The position numbers and the translations under genes are program-made. A stretch of DNA of 63,246 nucleotides, filler included, from Conidiobolus incongruus B7586 (Eukaryota): NCBI GenBank assembly GCA_000697335.1. It is 8 parts of 8 records of this genome, joined end to end, with 100 filler letters (N's around TTAATTAATTAA, not from the genome) between each part and the next. Parts side by side here need not be neighbours in the genome. Positions count along the whole stretch, not along the records: positions 22,716 to 28,246 come from JNEM01007451.1; positions 28,347 to 32,716 come from JNEM01007452.1; positions 32,817 to 55,350 come from JNEM01007455.1; 5 more parts are not named here. One strand, given 5' to 3'. The notes beneath the pieces are model-generated. The model was given only the letters and a program-made list of their open reading frames with translations, searched no databases and was not told where the DNA came from. Shown one piece after another: positions 25,077-37,223 of the stretch; the stretch's first letter is position 1, and each line of letters starts with the position of its first letter.

Positions 25077-26143
25077 ACCTAGTTTTGTACTCTATCTTCT
25101 TAGCATACAGCCTTATTTATATTTTTATACTTTTTTCTCACAGCTTCAATAACAAGTATTTTAAATCTATCATTTATTTGAATTCTAGATAAAACTTACA
25201 AATTGAAACCAATTAAATTTCATTAAATTTGAATTTTCAAATGCATTGTATTTAAAAAACGTGCTATTATTCGCAAAGTTAACCTTGTTATTCGACATAG
25301 ATTTTATGAAATTGAAGTAAACATATTTTATTTAACTTTGGGCTAATAATTTTGTATACCATATTCCAAATTCTTATGCTATAATTTAATTTATTGAGTT
25401 TCAATTAGGTTCAATTTATCCAAGATCAATTTAATAAGTGGATAAATTCATAAAATTGTTTGTTAAATTTCAATTAATTTAAATGTTCACATTATTAAAA
25501 ATGATTCACTAATGCAACTATAATTTCTCTTTTACAGGGATAGATTATTTAAATATCAGCTTGAATCATAATTAAAAGTTGTTAGGATATGTGATTGAGA
25601 ATATCAGATTAAAATCGCTTTTACTAAATTTATTTTAATAATATTAAAGCTAGTCAAATGTTTTGATGCTCAATATGCATTTAATAATTGTCAGATATCA
25701 TATTCTTTTTTCATTACAATCATATGAATGACAACTTGGTTAGTTTAGCATGATTACAGTCCAATTCTAGATTAAATAAAATCAGTCCACTATAATATCA
25801 ATTCATTATAATATAACCTTAATAATAAACAAGTTTATAGTTTTAATGGATTCAAAATGATCAAATTATTTAGTTTTATAAATATATCGTAAAAATTTAA
25901 AGTTTGAATTACTTTCATATATCACTACAACCAATAATTTCTTCAATTTAAGTTAAAAACATTTATATTGAATTTTATTGGCTCAAAAATGGTTATATAG
26001 GCAAATTGGACCCTTCTTTAAATGAATTTTAGTTTAATAATTAATTATATTAATATTCTAGATTTTCGGTGATATTTCAAACTTTCTGGTAATATTTAAT
26101 GGATAAATTTAATTAATCAAAAATTTTGAATTTAGTGTTATAT

Positions 26144-26465
26144 TGTCACGAGTCAGGTGACTCCCTTTTAAACAGGTATTCTGACATCTTCCTAATGTTA
26201 AAGTTATTTCTCCCTCGCATACCAACTGATTTCGCTCTATCTTTTAATTGGCCGATGATGCAAGACACCAGAAAATTTCATCAATCACCTTACCCAGCTC
26301 AATCTGTATAAAGCCCGGAATTAGAGCTATCCTCAGCAGGAAGAGTTCGATCTGGGTCCTCCCAGATAATTGGCTTTAGCCAATAAACCCCTTATTTCCC
26401 TAGCACATAAATGGAATTCCCCAGATCTCTCTTTTATTTAATCTACTCTGGACACAGTTTTCACA
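26144..26465 (+). mobile_element. Probable solo LTR (about 322 bp) of a third family
   Basis: Non-coding GC-richer block with TGTCAC...TTCACA termini. Internal TATAAA near 26307 and AATAAA near 26382. Flanks ATAT/AGAT (imperfect TSD). Confidence 0.5.
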
Positions 26466-26679
26466 AGATGTGTTAATATCAAAATAGCAATTTATAATTC
26501 AACAAAAATGACTAAATATAGAATGACATATTTTATTTTATTACTCTGAATTTTATATAATGAGGTTTTTGTGAGTTTGAAAATAAATAAACAATTCAAT
26601 ATATAAATTACAAAAGTAAATATATTATAAAATTAATTTATTTATTATTATTAATATCATTGTGCTATACTCTTGGTCT

Positions 26680-29600
26680 TGTAAGCACAGTGGTAGTTAA
26701 ACTAATATAGTGCAGAGGAAGACTTAATATAAAAGTAGTGTAGCACAGAATGTGGTAATATAATGTGGCTGTAGTGTGCAAGTGTAAACAAAGTTTAATT
26801 AAGCTTCAAACTAGGATGAGTCACTGATATATTAAGATTTATATTAGGTAGTGCCAATATCCTACAATATTAACAGAATATAGTCTCAATCTTAGAAATA
26901 ATGTAAAAGTAAAAAATAGTAAAAATTGAGAGGAAAAAAAAAACCTTGTTTATTAGATAATTCAATGTTATTTATACAATTAATTTAACTATATAAGTAT
27001 AAATTAATCATATAGTTTATAGTTAATTGGATTATATAAAAGTATATATAAGAATTTAGAGAACTAGTCTCTTAACACTCCCCCAGTAGGTTTTTTAAAA
27101 GAAACACACTCCTTAATTTTTTACAAATAGGTATAATAAGCTGAGGTATTCTTAATATTTTCTAGAGGTTCTTATATATCTTCTTTAATAGGATAACCCA
27201 TCTATTTTACATAAAAATAAAGTTTATTCCTAATAGATTTAAACTTAATTATATAATTAACATAGTATTCTTCTTCTCTATCTTGATTAATAATTGGATC
27301 TAGTTTTGGGGTTTTTAATCAATTAGGAAAAGTGTTAAAATCTTCAAAGTATGGTTTAATTTTGGATATGTGAAAGGTAGGGTTGATCTTCAAGGTTGGA
27401 GGTAATTCCAAAGTAATATTTTCAAAATTTGAATCAATAGATTAAATTTTATAGGGACCATAATATAATAGTAAATATTTGGGATTTAAGCTAGATTTAA
27501 GTAGGGTAAGTTTAAGGGCAGATTATTCTAAGTATACAAACATACTAGTTTTATATTTAAGAGGGTTTCTAGATAACTTTGAGTATTATTGTTCTATGAT
27601 CCTTTAATTTTCTTCTAAGTTAAATTTAACAAGGGAATTGATATGTTTGATATTAGATTAAAATTCAACAATGTTTAAAGGTAAGTTGATTTAAAGTTTT
27701 AGAGTAATTATTAAGTTAGGATGTTTGCTATAATTGATGAAATAAAGGCTAAAACCTGTTGATTTATTGATAAAGGTGTTGAATGAATATTAGAGTTAGT
27801 AGATATAAGCATCCTAATTTAACTAATTAGTGTTAATATAGGCTTTAATCATTTGCTTCAAGGTTTTGATAATTCTTTCAACAAGTTTATTGGTTTAGTG
27901 ATGATTAATAGTAGATATAGCTAGGTTAATCTTAAAGGAAAAGGATAGTGACTTCTAGAATCAAGAGTTGAATTATACATCTCTATCAAATATAATAGTT
28001 TGTAGAATTTTATAGTGGGTAAAGATATTAGAGAATAACAATTGTGCAACATCTTTAGCTGTAGAAGTTTTGAAACAAGGAATAAAATAAACATATTTAG
28101 AAAATGAATCAATTGTAATTAGTAAGTTATCATAACTATTTGTTGATTTAAGGATTTCTATGAAATCAAGCTAGATTTGTTGTTAAGTTTCATTAGGGAC
28201 TTGTAGGGGAATAAGTTTACCATATTTTAGTTGAGTATTATATTTANNNNNNNNNNNNNNNNNNNNNNNNNNNNNNNNNNNNNNNNNNNNTTAATTAATT
28301 AANNNNNNNNNNNNNNNNNNNNNNNNNNNNNNNNNNNNNNNNNNNNTTTGTTTATAAGTATAGTAAAGGCTTTAACACCATTGAGTTTAGTTAGATCAAT
28401 ATTAATTCTTTAAGAGGAAACAATATAACCACAGAAAAAGACAGAAGAGGCACTAAAGATGTATTTTGATAGTTTCAAAGGTAATTTATATTCTTGAATA
28501 ATTTGTAAAACTTGATTAACATGTTAAATATATTCTTCTTTAGTTTTTAAATGGATCAGGATATTATCAAGGTAGGTGATAACAAAGTCATTAAAAACAG
28601 GGTTGAAAAGGGAATTGATATGTTTGATATTAGATTAAAATTCAACAATGTTTAAAGGTAAATTCATTAAATCCTTCATTAATAATCATTAAGTTAATAT
28701 TTGCTGGATTTTTACAATTAGAACAAAAGGGTAGGTATGTAAAATTTCTTAACAAAGTATCTACAACATAGTTTTATTAACCTAAGAGATATTAAATAAA
28801 GAAAGGGTAAGCTTAGATAGTTTTAATCTATTTAACTTATCTTCTTAATAAATGCTTCTGAGTATTTAAGTAGATAAGTGATTTATAATCTATAAGTGTT
28901 AAGAAAAAATTGCAGGATAAAAAATGTAAGTGATTTTTAATTATTTCTACTAAAGCAAAGAGTTTTTGTTTATAGACTAGGTATTTTAATTCAGCTGGTT
29001 TCATTTTTCTTAACCAGAATGTTATTGGTTTTAAAGTAACATTTGTAAGGTTAAACTCAACCTGTTCTCCCCTATTTATTATTTTATCCTATAGTTATAA
29101 GGTAAAATATAAATTAAATTCAAACTAGGTTAACTATCTACTAATTATAAAAGAATTAGAGTCAGTAAAAATAATAGTAGGTAGTTTTAGATTAAAGATA
29201 GATAAAGCAAGAGTATTGGTAATATGGAAAATCAAAGTATTTATGTAGAAGGTGTATAGTGGGGTTTATTTAAAAAGAGAGTTTTTCTTCAAAAGATTAG
29301 TAAGAGGAACAACAAGTTCAACAAAAGAATCAATGAAATCTTTAAAGTAATTCAATAATCTAAGTACAAACATAAGTTGATCTTTGTTTATAAGTATAGT
29401 AAAGGCTTTAACACCATTGAGTTTAGTTAGATCAATATTAATTCTTTAAGAGGAAACAATATAACCACAGAAAAAGACAGAAGAGGCACTAAAGATGTAT
29501 TTTGATAGTTTCAAAGGTAATTTATATTCTTGAATAATTTGTAAAACTTGATTAACATGTTAAATATATTCTTCTTTAGTTTTTAAATGGATCAGGATAT

Positions 29601-32485
29601 TATCAAGGTAGGTGATAACAAAGTCATTAAAAACAGGGTTGAAAAGGGAATTGATGAATTAAGTAAAAGTTACAAAGGCATTACACAATCTAAAGTTTAT
29701 AACAGTAAATTTATAGTAACTTAAAAGAGTATTAAAAATAGTTAAAGGGATAAAATTTTCTTCAACTTTAATGTTGTAATATTTATTCTTAACATCTAGT
29801 TTAGTAAATATAGTTGATTTAAGTAGTTTATCCCTAACATCATATAGGTTTAATAATAGGGTTTTATCCTTAATAGTTTTAGAGTTTAAAACACAGTTAT
29901 CAATGTATAATCTCTAACCACCATCAGCCTTTTGTACAAAGAGGATTAGAGATCCCTATAGTGAAGAAGAAGGTCTAATATACCTATTTTCAAGTAGTTT
30001 TTAGATTTCTTCTTTCAAGGTTTAGTATTGTTTAGGGGATAAATGGTAAGTAAGCTTTTAGTATAGTTGTATACCAAGGATTAGTTTAATTTTGTGTTTA
30101 ATATTATGTTTAGGTGGTAATTTATTTACAAGTTCAAAAACATTAGCAAATTAACTTACTATATTGTATAAGAAGTGGTCATTAGATATAACCTCATTAA
30201 AATCAACAAATGAAGTGCTAATAGATGAATAATAAACAAATATATATCCCTATAGATTATGTGGGTTTTTGATTAACTTTTTACATTGATTTTTTACTTA
30301 TAATAATAGAATTATTTGCCACAATTATAGAGTTAGTGTTAGGTAAAGCATTTAATAATTTTATAGTAGGGTAATGTAGATTTTTTAAGATTAATTCCAC
30401 TAATTTTTTTTGGAATGTAAAAAAAATAAATTTGTAACCTTCTAGAGTAATATTCATGGATATAAGGTTGTGATATTTAAACTAATTTTAACCTAGTATG
30501 AAATTGTAACTAATGTTGCCAACTAGGAATTTAATATATTGGGAGTAGTTAAGAGGTAATGATAGGTATTTAGATATAGTGTTAGATGCTTGTTCTATTA
30601 AGTTGTTAGCATATTTAATTATCAAGTTACTTTTTTAGGTAGGTAAAGATAACTTTACAACAATAAAAAAAGAGATAATATAACTAGAACAACCAGAGTT
30701 AATTAGAACACTAACAGGTGTATCTATAAAAAAACTAGTTAATACAAATAATAGGGTGATAGTTAAAGGTAAAGAATCACAAGGTAAATTAGTTACTAGA
30801 ATATTTCTAGTTTCTAGTGGTTTAATCAGTTGGATTTCTCTAGTATATATAGTTTAATTTGTAGAATCATTAGTTTATTAGAACTTTTGTGGATTAGATT
30901 AGAATCTGCTAACTAATTGTAAAAGGGGTGATTCTAAGGTTATATTAATATTATTCAAGTTTGATTTATGGTTGGTAAGTTGGGATTATTAAAAATTAAA
31001 CAGATGTTGCTTCTTTAAAGGGTATTTGTTAGCTTTATAGTTAACTTAAGTCTTTCAGCAATAGTAGCAACCTTTATTTGTTTTTAAGTAGGTTTTAGCT
31101 TCTTTACTAAAGGTTTTCTCATAAAACCCTAAAGCAGAAACATCTATCATTTGAGATTTAGGTGGGTTAGAGTAAAGTTTAAAAGATTAATTTTTAGGGT
31201 AGGAAGATTTAGTTATAGAGTAAAGGATATTATTGATTATAATTGTTGTATCACAAATGTTAGAAAAAAACATATTATTAAAGTGTTCCCTACTAACTAA
31301 CTAGAGCTTCACTTAAAGGTTAAGGCATTGTAATAATTTGTGGATTTATTCTTCTTCAGTGATATTTAATATGTTTAAACATATTTCATTAAATTTCTCA
31401 ATCAATTATCTTGTAGAAGTTTTTTATTTAAGCTGGGAAAGCTTTTCTCTTGTTAATTAAACTTAATTTTTTAGGTAATACCTCTTTTTAAAGGCTTTTT
31501 CCAATTGTTTAAAAGTTTGTATTTTTGTAATAGGCTATCCTTCTAAAGATTCTTTAGGATTAAGTTTATAATGAGTTAACTACCAAGTATAAGTAGATTT
31601 TTCCAAAAAAGAAGTGGCTAATTTAAGGATATTCTCTGGATCTTCATTAAGAATTAAATCAAGGTAATTCTTTATGTTTTTAAGGTAGTTTTCAAGCTTG
31701 TGAAGGTTTTTTAAGCTATCATAAGTAGTTAATTTGTTTTTAAAAATACTAAAGAGGTAGTTTAATGCATTAATTGTAGTGAAGTAGCTGGTTTGTTAGA
31801 TTTAAGCTCTTTGAAACATGTTTTTTTCAATCAAAAGTTGTTTAATATAAGCTTCTTAGAGGGTAGTAAGTTCTTAAAGATTAAAGTTTTAGATTCACTC
31901 AATAATTAAGCTATTATCATCATTAAAATAATATGAGGGTATCTCCTTTTTTGGTAGTATTATAGTATATAGTGTTAAATTTGAATGAAATAAATTATAG
32001 ATAAGATTTAAAATAGTAATAATTAGGTTTGATATAGATAGTTATTAATATCTAGTAGGTTTTTAACAGTTTTGTTGCTGTTACTATATAAGCACAGTGG
32101 TAGTTAAACTAATATAGTGTAGAGGAAGACTTAATATAAAAGTAGTGTAGCACAGAACATAGTAATATAATGTAGCTGTAGTGTGCAAGTGTAAACAAAG
32201 TTTAATTAAGCTTCAAACTAGGATGAGTCACTAATATATTAAGATTTATATTAGGTAGTGCCAATATCCTACAATATCAACAGAATATAGTTTTAATTTT
32301 AGAAATAGTATAAAAGTAAAAAATAGTAAGAATTGAGAGGAAAAAGAAGAACCTTGTTTATTAAATAATTCAATACTATTTATACAATTAATTTAACTAT
32401 ATAAGTATAAATTAATCATATAATTTATAGTTAATTGGATTATATAAAAGTGTATATAAGAATTTAGAGAACAAGTCTCTTAACA
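26680..32485 (-). mobile_element. Ty3/gypsy chromovirus family A, copy A2, full-length and degenerate (spans one gap)
   Basis: LTRs 32087-32485 and 26680-27077. TSD GGTCT/AGTCT. PBS relic. Protease SVLINSG (from LIDSG). RT FVITYLDNILI (from YLDD). Integrase and chromodomain. PPT GGGGGAG. Confidence 0.94.
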
Positions 32486-32816
32486 AGTCTACTTCTAACA
32501 TATCAAAATCATTTTTTGTATTATTATCTAAAATATGATATTTTATAAAACAATTATATTTGTTTAAAAAAGTTTTCTAATAGTATGATTTTTTGTTTAT
32601 ATAAAGTATTAAGAGAATAATTACCTAAATTCTTATATTTCTATTTAATTCAATTAATTATAAATTATAAATTTTATTTATTTTTTTAAAATAAAATTAA
32701 TTATATAGATAGTATTNNNNNNNNNNNNNNNNNNNNNNNNNNNNNNNNNNNNNNNNNNNNTTAATTAATTAANNNNNNNNNNNNNNNNNNNNNNNNNNNN
32801 NNNNNNNNNNNNNNNN

Positions 32817-33540
32817 TTATATAATAAATTATTTTTTTGCTAACTAAAAATATTTACTAAAATTAATATATTAATGACCTTATATAAATAAATAGTAAAT
32901 ATTATTTTATTAACTATTTAAATAATTTTCAAAGTATTTTAATAAAGAGAGTATAAATACTATATAAAATATTGCAAAAATCAATAAAATTATGATAAAT
33001 AAACTAATTTAATTAGAAACCAACAATTAAGGCTTTTATTATAAATTATTATTACTTAATATTATAAATTTTTTTATATATTTAATTATTAAAATGATAT
33101 AAGTTACCAAGTTTAATAATAATTTGATATATAAAATCCATTTAATAAGTATTATATTTATAAGCAAATATTAATTTTAAGATAGCTTTGGTATTAGATA
33201 ATGCTTCTTTAACCTATGAAATTATTATAATTAATAACAAACTTTATATTTTATTAAACAAAATAGTTTTTAATATATTTTTTAAAATATATCAAAGATA
33301 TCTATTAATTTGATAAATAATAATAAAATTGAAAACTTAAAATTATAAAAGATTTTCTTAATAAATCAAAAAAAATTAATTTAATATAGAATGCTTATTA
33401 GATTAAAAATATTATTAAAATTATTTTGTAAAGTTAGATATATGTTTACAAACTAGAAAATATTAATGAGCAATTTAAATTAATTTGTAAAATATTTAAA
33501 TTTAATTTTTAATTTTTAATTTAACAAAATTGTTAGGTGT
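32817..33540 (+). mobile_element. Possible highly degenerate DDE (pogo/Fot1-like) transposon remnant
   Basis: CpG-free AT block with a KIALVLDNAS reading near 33180-33210. No TIRs confirmed. Confidence 0.25.
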
Positions 33541-34594
33541 AAATAGTTTGCCAAAAAATACGTCAAAAATTTATTAATAATAAACAAATTACTAATTTTA
33601 TATAATTTATTTATATTTGTATATCTTATTTGAATTTGATTTTAAAAAGTATCATTATTTGATTTACTGATTAATAATAATGATTCTATAATATTGGAAG
33701 TTAGCAATATAATTTTTTTTAAAATTATAGTTATTTATTGTAATATTTCAAAATATAAAATGGTAATTTATTTTTAGGTATATATTATATCTCACCGAAC
33801 TATCAACACATTAAGATACAATATAGTATGAATATTTCAAAGTAATTATTTTAACACAATCGATTCTTATATAAAAAATTCAATAAAAATTGATAATATT
33901 AATTAATTGTATTAAAATTACTTTTGAATAATTTGCAAATCAAATGAGATTATTCAAAAATGTTAATATAAGATATTCATTTTTAAATAGCTTATTCAAA
34001 ATATTATTAACAATTGATTTAAAAAGAATACGAAGATAACTATATCTATCAATGGTTTAAAAAATATAACAAAATAATAGTTTAAAATAACCTTAACCTA
34101 ATTTGTTTTGGGATAATTTCAAACCAATTTTCAACAATATCTCTGACATCAATTTAAGAAATATTGATTTGTAATTAAACTGTGTATTGAATTTAAATTA
34201 GAATATTTAAATAATTATTTTATCATTGTATTAATTAATTAGTTTTTAAATTATAATATTTGAAAAAACTAGTCTAAAGAAATATCCATTTTTATGAAAT
34301 TGATCCAAATATATCAATATACTTTTAACTATTTTCTAATATTAAAAATTTTGTAAGTACTTATCTATCTCCAATAACAACCACCTCTATTATTTCTCAT
34401 ATAATAAATTTCTAACTTAATTTTCTCATCAATATTGTTATCACACTATATTTTTTAAAATCCCATATGACTTGATAATTTGTCCTGAAAATCACTTCAT
34501 ATTATGGATAAATTAATCTAATGAATTCATTCTATTATTAAATTACGTCACTGTTCTTCCTTTTCCTCAGTAATCCCATAACTGATCAATTGTA

Positions 34595-36996
34595 ATGAGC
34601 TTTTTACCAAAACTCAATATTATTAAATCTAACTTTACTAAGTTTAATCTAACAATTTTAAAAAGATTCCAATCATCATTGTCAATTGTTGATATGTCGC
34701 CTGTAAATACCACAGAAAGATTACAAAATTTGAGAAAATTATTCGATAAGGATCACTTTAATATCGATGCTTATGTCATTCCTAGTGAAGACGCTCACTA
34801 TGTAATTATCTCATCACTCTTATTCACAATTTTATTAATAATGTTTTGTAGTCTGAATATATCGCTCCTGTGGACGCTCGTCGCGCTTTTATCTCGGGAT
34901 TTGACGGCTCTGCAGGCCTTGCAGTGGTTACTAAGGATCAGGCTGCTCTCTTTACCGATGGTAGATACTTCTTACAAGCTGAGCAGCAAATGGATAGTAA
35001 CTGGACTTTGGTTAAGCAGGGAGTTCCAGGTGCTTTAAATTGGTATAAGTGGATCGCTAAGGTATTGATTGTGATATTGAATTAGTTTTGTAATTGATTG
35101 ATTGATTTGATTTTTAGAATACTAATCAAGGTTCAAAAATTGGTTTGGATCCTAAACTTATTTCTGTTGGTAAATATCCAATATATTCAATATTTTAAAA
35201 GAATATACCTTATTAAGGGATTCAATTTAGCTGCATTTGACGAACTCAGAAAAGAACTCGAAAAAGTCCAGAGTGAAGTAGTCCCCATCGAAGAAAATCT
35301 CATTGATCGTATTTGGCACGATCACCCCAGCAGCCCCGCCAATCCCGTATTTCCCTTAGGATTAGAATTCGCTGGAGAAAGTTTAGATTCCAAATTATCC
35401 AAAATTCGCGAAGAACTGAAATCTAATAACTACTACGGTTATGCCATCAGTGCCCTCGACGAAATTGCCTGGCTCTACAATTTGAGAGGTTCTGATATCG
35501 ATTACAATCCCGTATTCTTCGCCTACAGTTTAATCACTCAGAATGAAGCTATTCTTTATATCAATGAATCTCAAATCACCGATGAAGTGCGTCAACATTT
35601 AGGCAACCATGTCAAGATTGCCCCATATCCACAAATCTTTGACGATTTGAGATCGCATAAGTCTTTGGTTGTCCAACAATCCCAAAAGATCTTAATTTCG
35701 AGTTCAACTAGCTTGGCTTTGGCTCACACCGTCGACTTGGACAATATTCACATCGGATTGAGTCCTGTCACCTATGCTAAGGGTGTCAAGAATGAGACTG
35801 AAATTCAAGGTTTTAGGAATTGTCATATTAGGGATGGTGTTGCTTTGGTAAATTATTCATATAGACATTATTTTATTATTTATTGATTGAATAATTAGGT
35901 CAAATATTTCGCCTGGTTAGAGAACGAATTGAAGAACGGTGCCAAATTGAGTGAAAGCGACGGTGCTGAAAAATTATTAAGCTTCAGAAAGTAATTCATT
36001 ACTAATAGATATTCTCTGAATGATCATTCATTATTCTATTTAGGGAGCAAGATCTCTTTGTTGGCGAAAGTTTCGCTACTATCTCATCCACAGGTCCCAA
36101 CGGTGCTATCATTCACTATCATCCACTCCCTGGTAAATGTGATATCATTGATGTTAACCAAATGTATTTGTGTGATTCTGGAGGTCAATACAAGTAAGTT
36201 ATATAATAAATAATACATATGTATGATATTAATAAATGTTAGGGATGGTACTACTGACGTCACCCGTACCTGGCACTTCGGCCAACCTACTGATTTCCAA
36301 AAATTAGCCTTCACCAGAGTTTTACAAGGTGTCATTGGATTGGAACAAGCTGTGTTCCCTGAAGGAACTACTGGTAATTCATTCAATACCAAACTATATA
36401 GTCACTCTTTAACATTTTGAGTTAGGCTACATTTTGGACTCTATTACCCGTGCTCCCCTCTGGAAATCCGGCTTAGACTACCGTCACGGCACCGGTCACG
36501 GCGTCGGCTCCTTCCTCAACGTTCACGAAGGACCCCACGGTATTGGATTGAGAATTGGATACAACAGTGTCCCTCTCAAAGTTGGCAACACTGTCACTAA
36601 CGGTAAATTATATACAGAAAATATATTATTACATCGTGACTAATTTTCTAACTAGAACCTGGTTATTACGAAGACGGCGAATTTGGTATCCGTACTGAAA
36701 ATATTATGATTGTCAAGGAAGTTACCGGCCTCAAGAATTTCGGTGATAAGAAATATTTTGGATTTGAAAATATTACCATTGTAAGTCCTTCCTCCTCATA
36801 TATTACGATGAATTCTATACTAATTTTGATATAGTGTCCCATCCAAACTACCCTCCTCGACAAGAGCTTATTAAGTCAATTCGAAATTCAATATATTAAC
36901 GATTACCACACGAGGGTTTGGAATACGTTAAGCCCATTGCTCAAAGGGGATGATTTCACTTTAGAATGGTTGAAGCGTTATACTCAACATATTTAA
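34595..36996 (+). CDS. AMPP: Xaa-Pro aminopeptidase (aminopeptidase P, M24B; XPNPEP1/Fra1-like), 10 exons
   Basis: Exons 34595-34801, 34852-35061, 35118-35169, 35231-35847, 35899-35990, 36044-36193, 36243-36373, 36426-36602, 36656-36780 and 36835-36996, all introns GT-AG. Motifs [51 protein letters not shown] and GIRTEN. Confidence 0.96.
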
Positions 36997-37223
36997 AATT
37001 TATTAATAAAGTATTTCCTTGGATTATTTTGTTTTATAAATTATTTATACATTTTTTAAATTATATATATATGATTAAGTTTAAATTCAATTTTTCAGAA
37101 AATTTTATTAAATATTAAGAAATTAATAATATTTTACAAATGAACCCTTCATTATCAAATTCTTTTTTCAAAAGGTGTAAATATTACGAATTGATTAAAT
37201 TAAATTCTATATAATCATAACGA

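Noticed and set aside
28347..28662. Second RT segment in copy A2 (duplicate of about 29382-29654 fused to about 27633-27683)
   Set aside because: Identical to the other copies despite heavy mutation elsewhere, starts at a gap edge and joins via a shared GGGAATTGAT. Most likely a mis-assembly.
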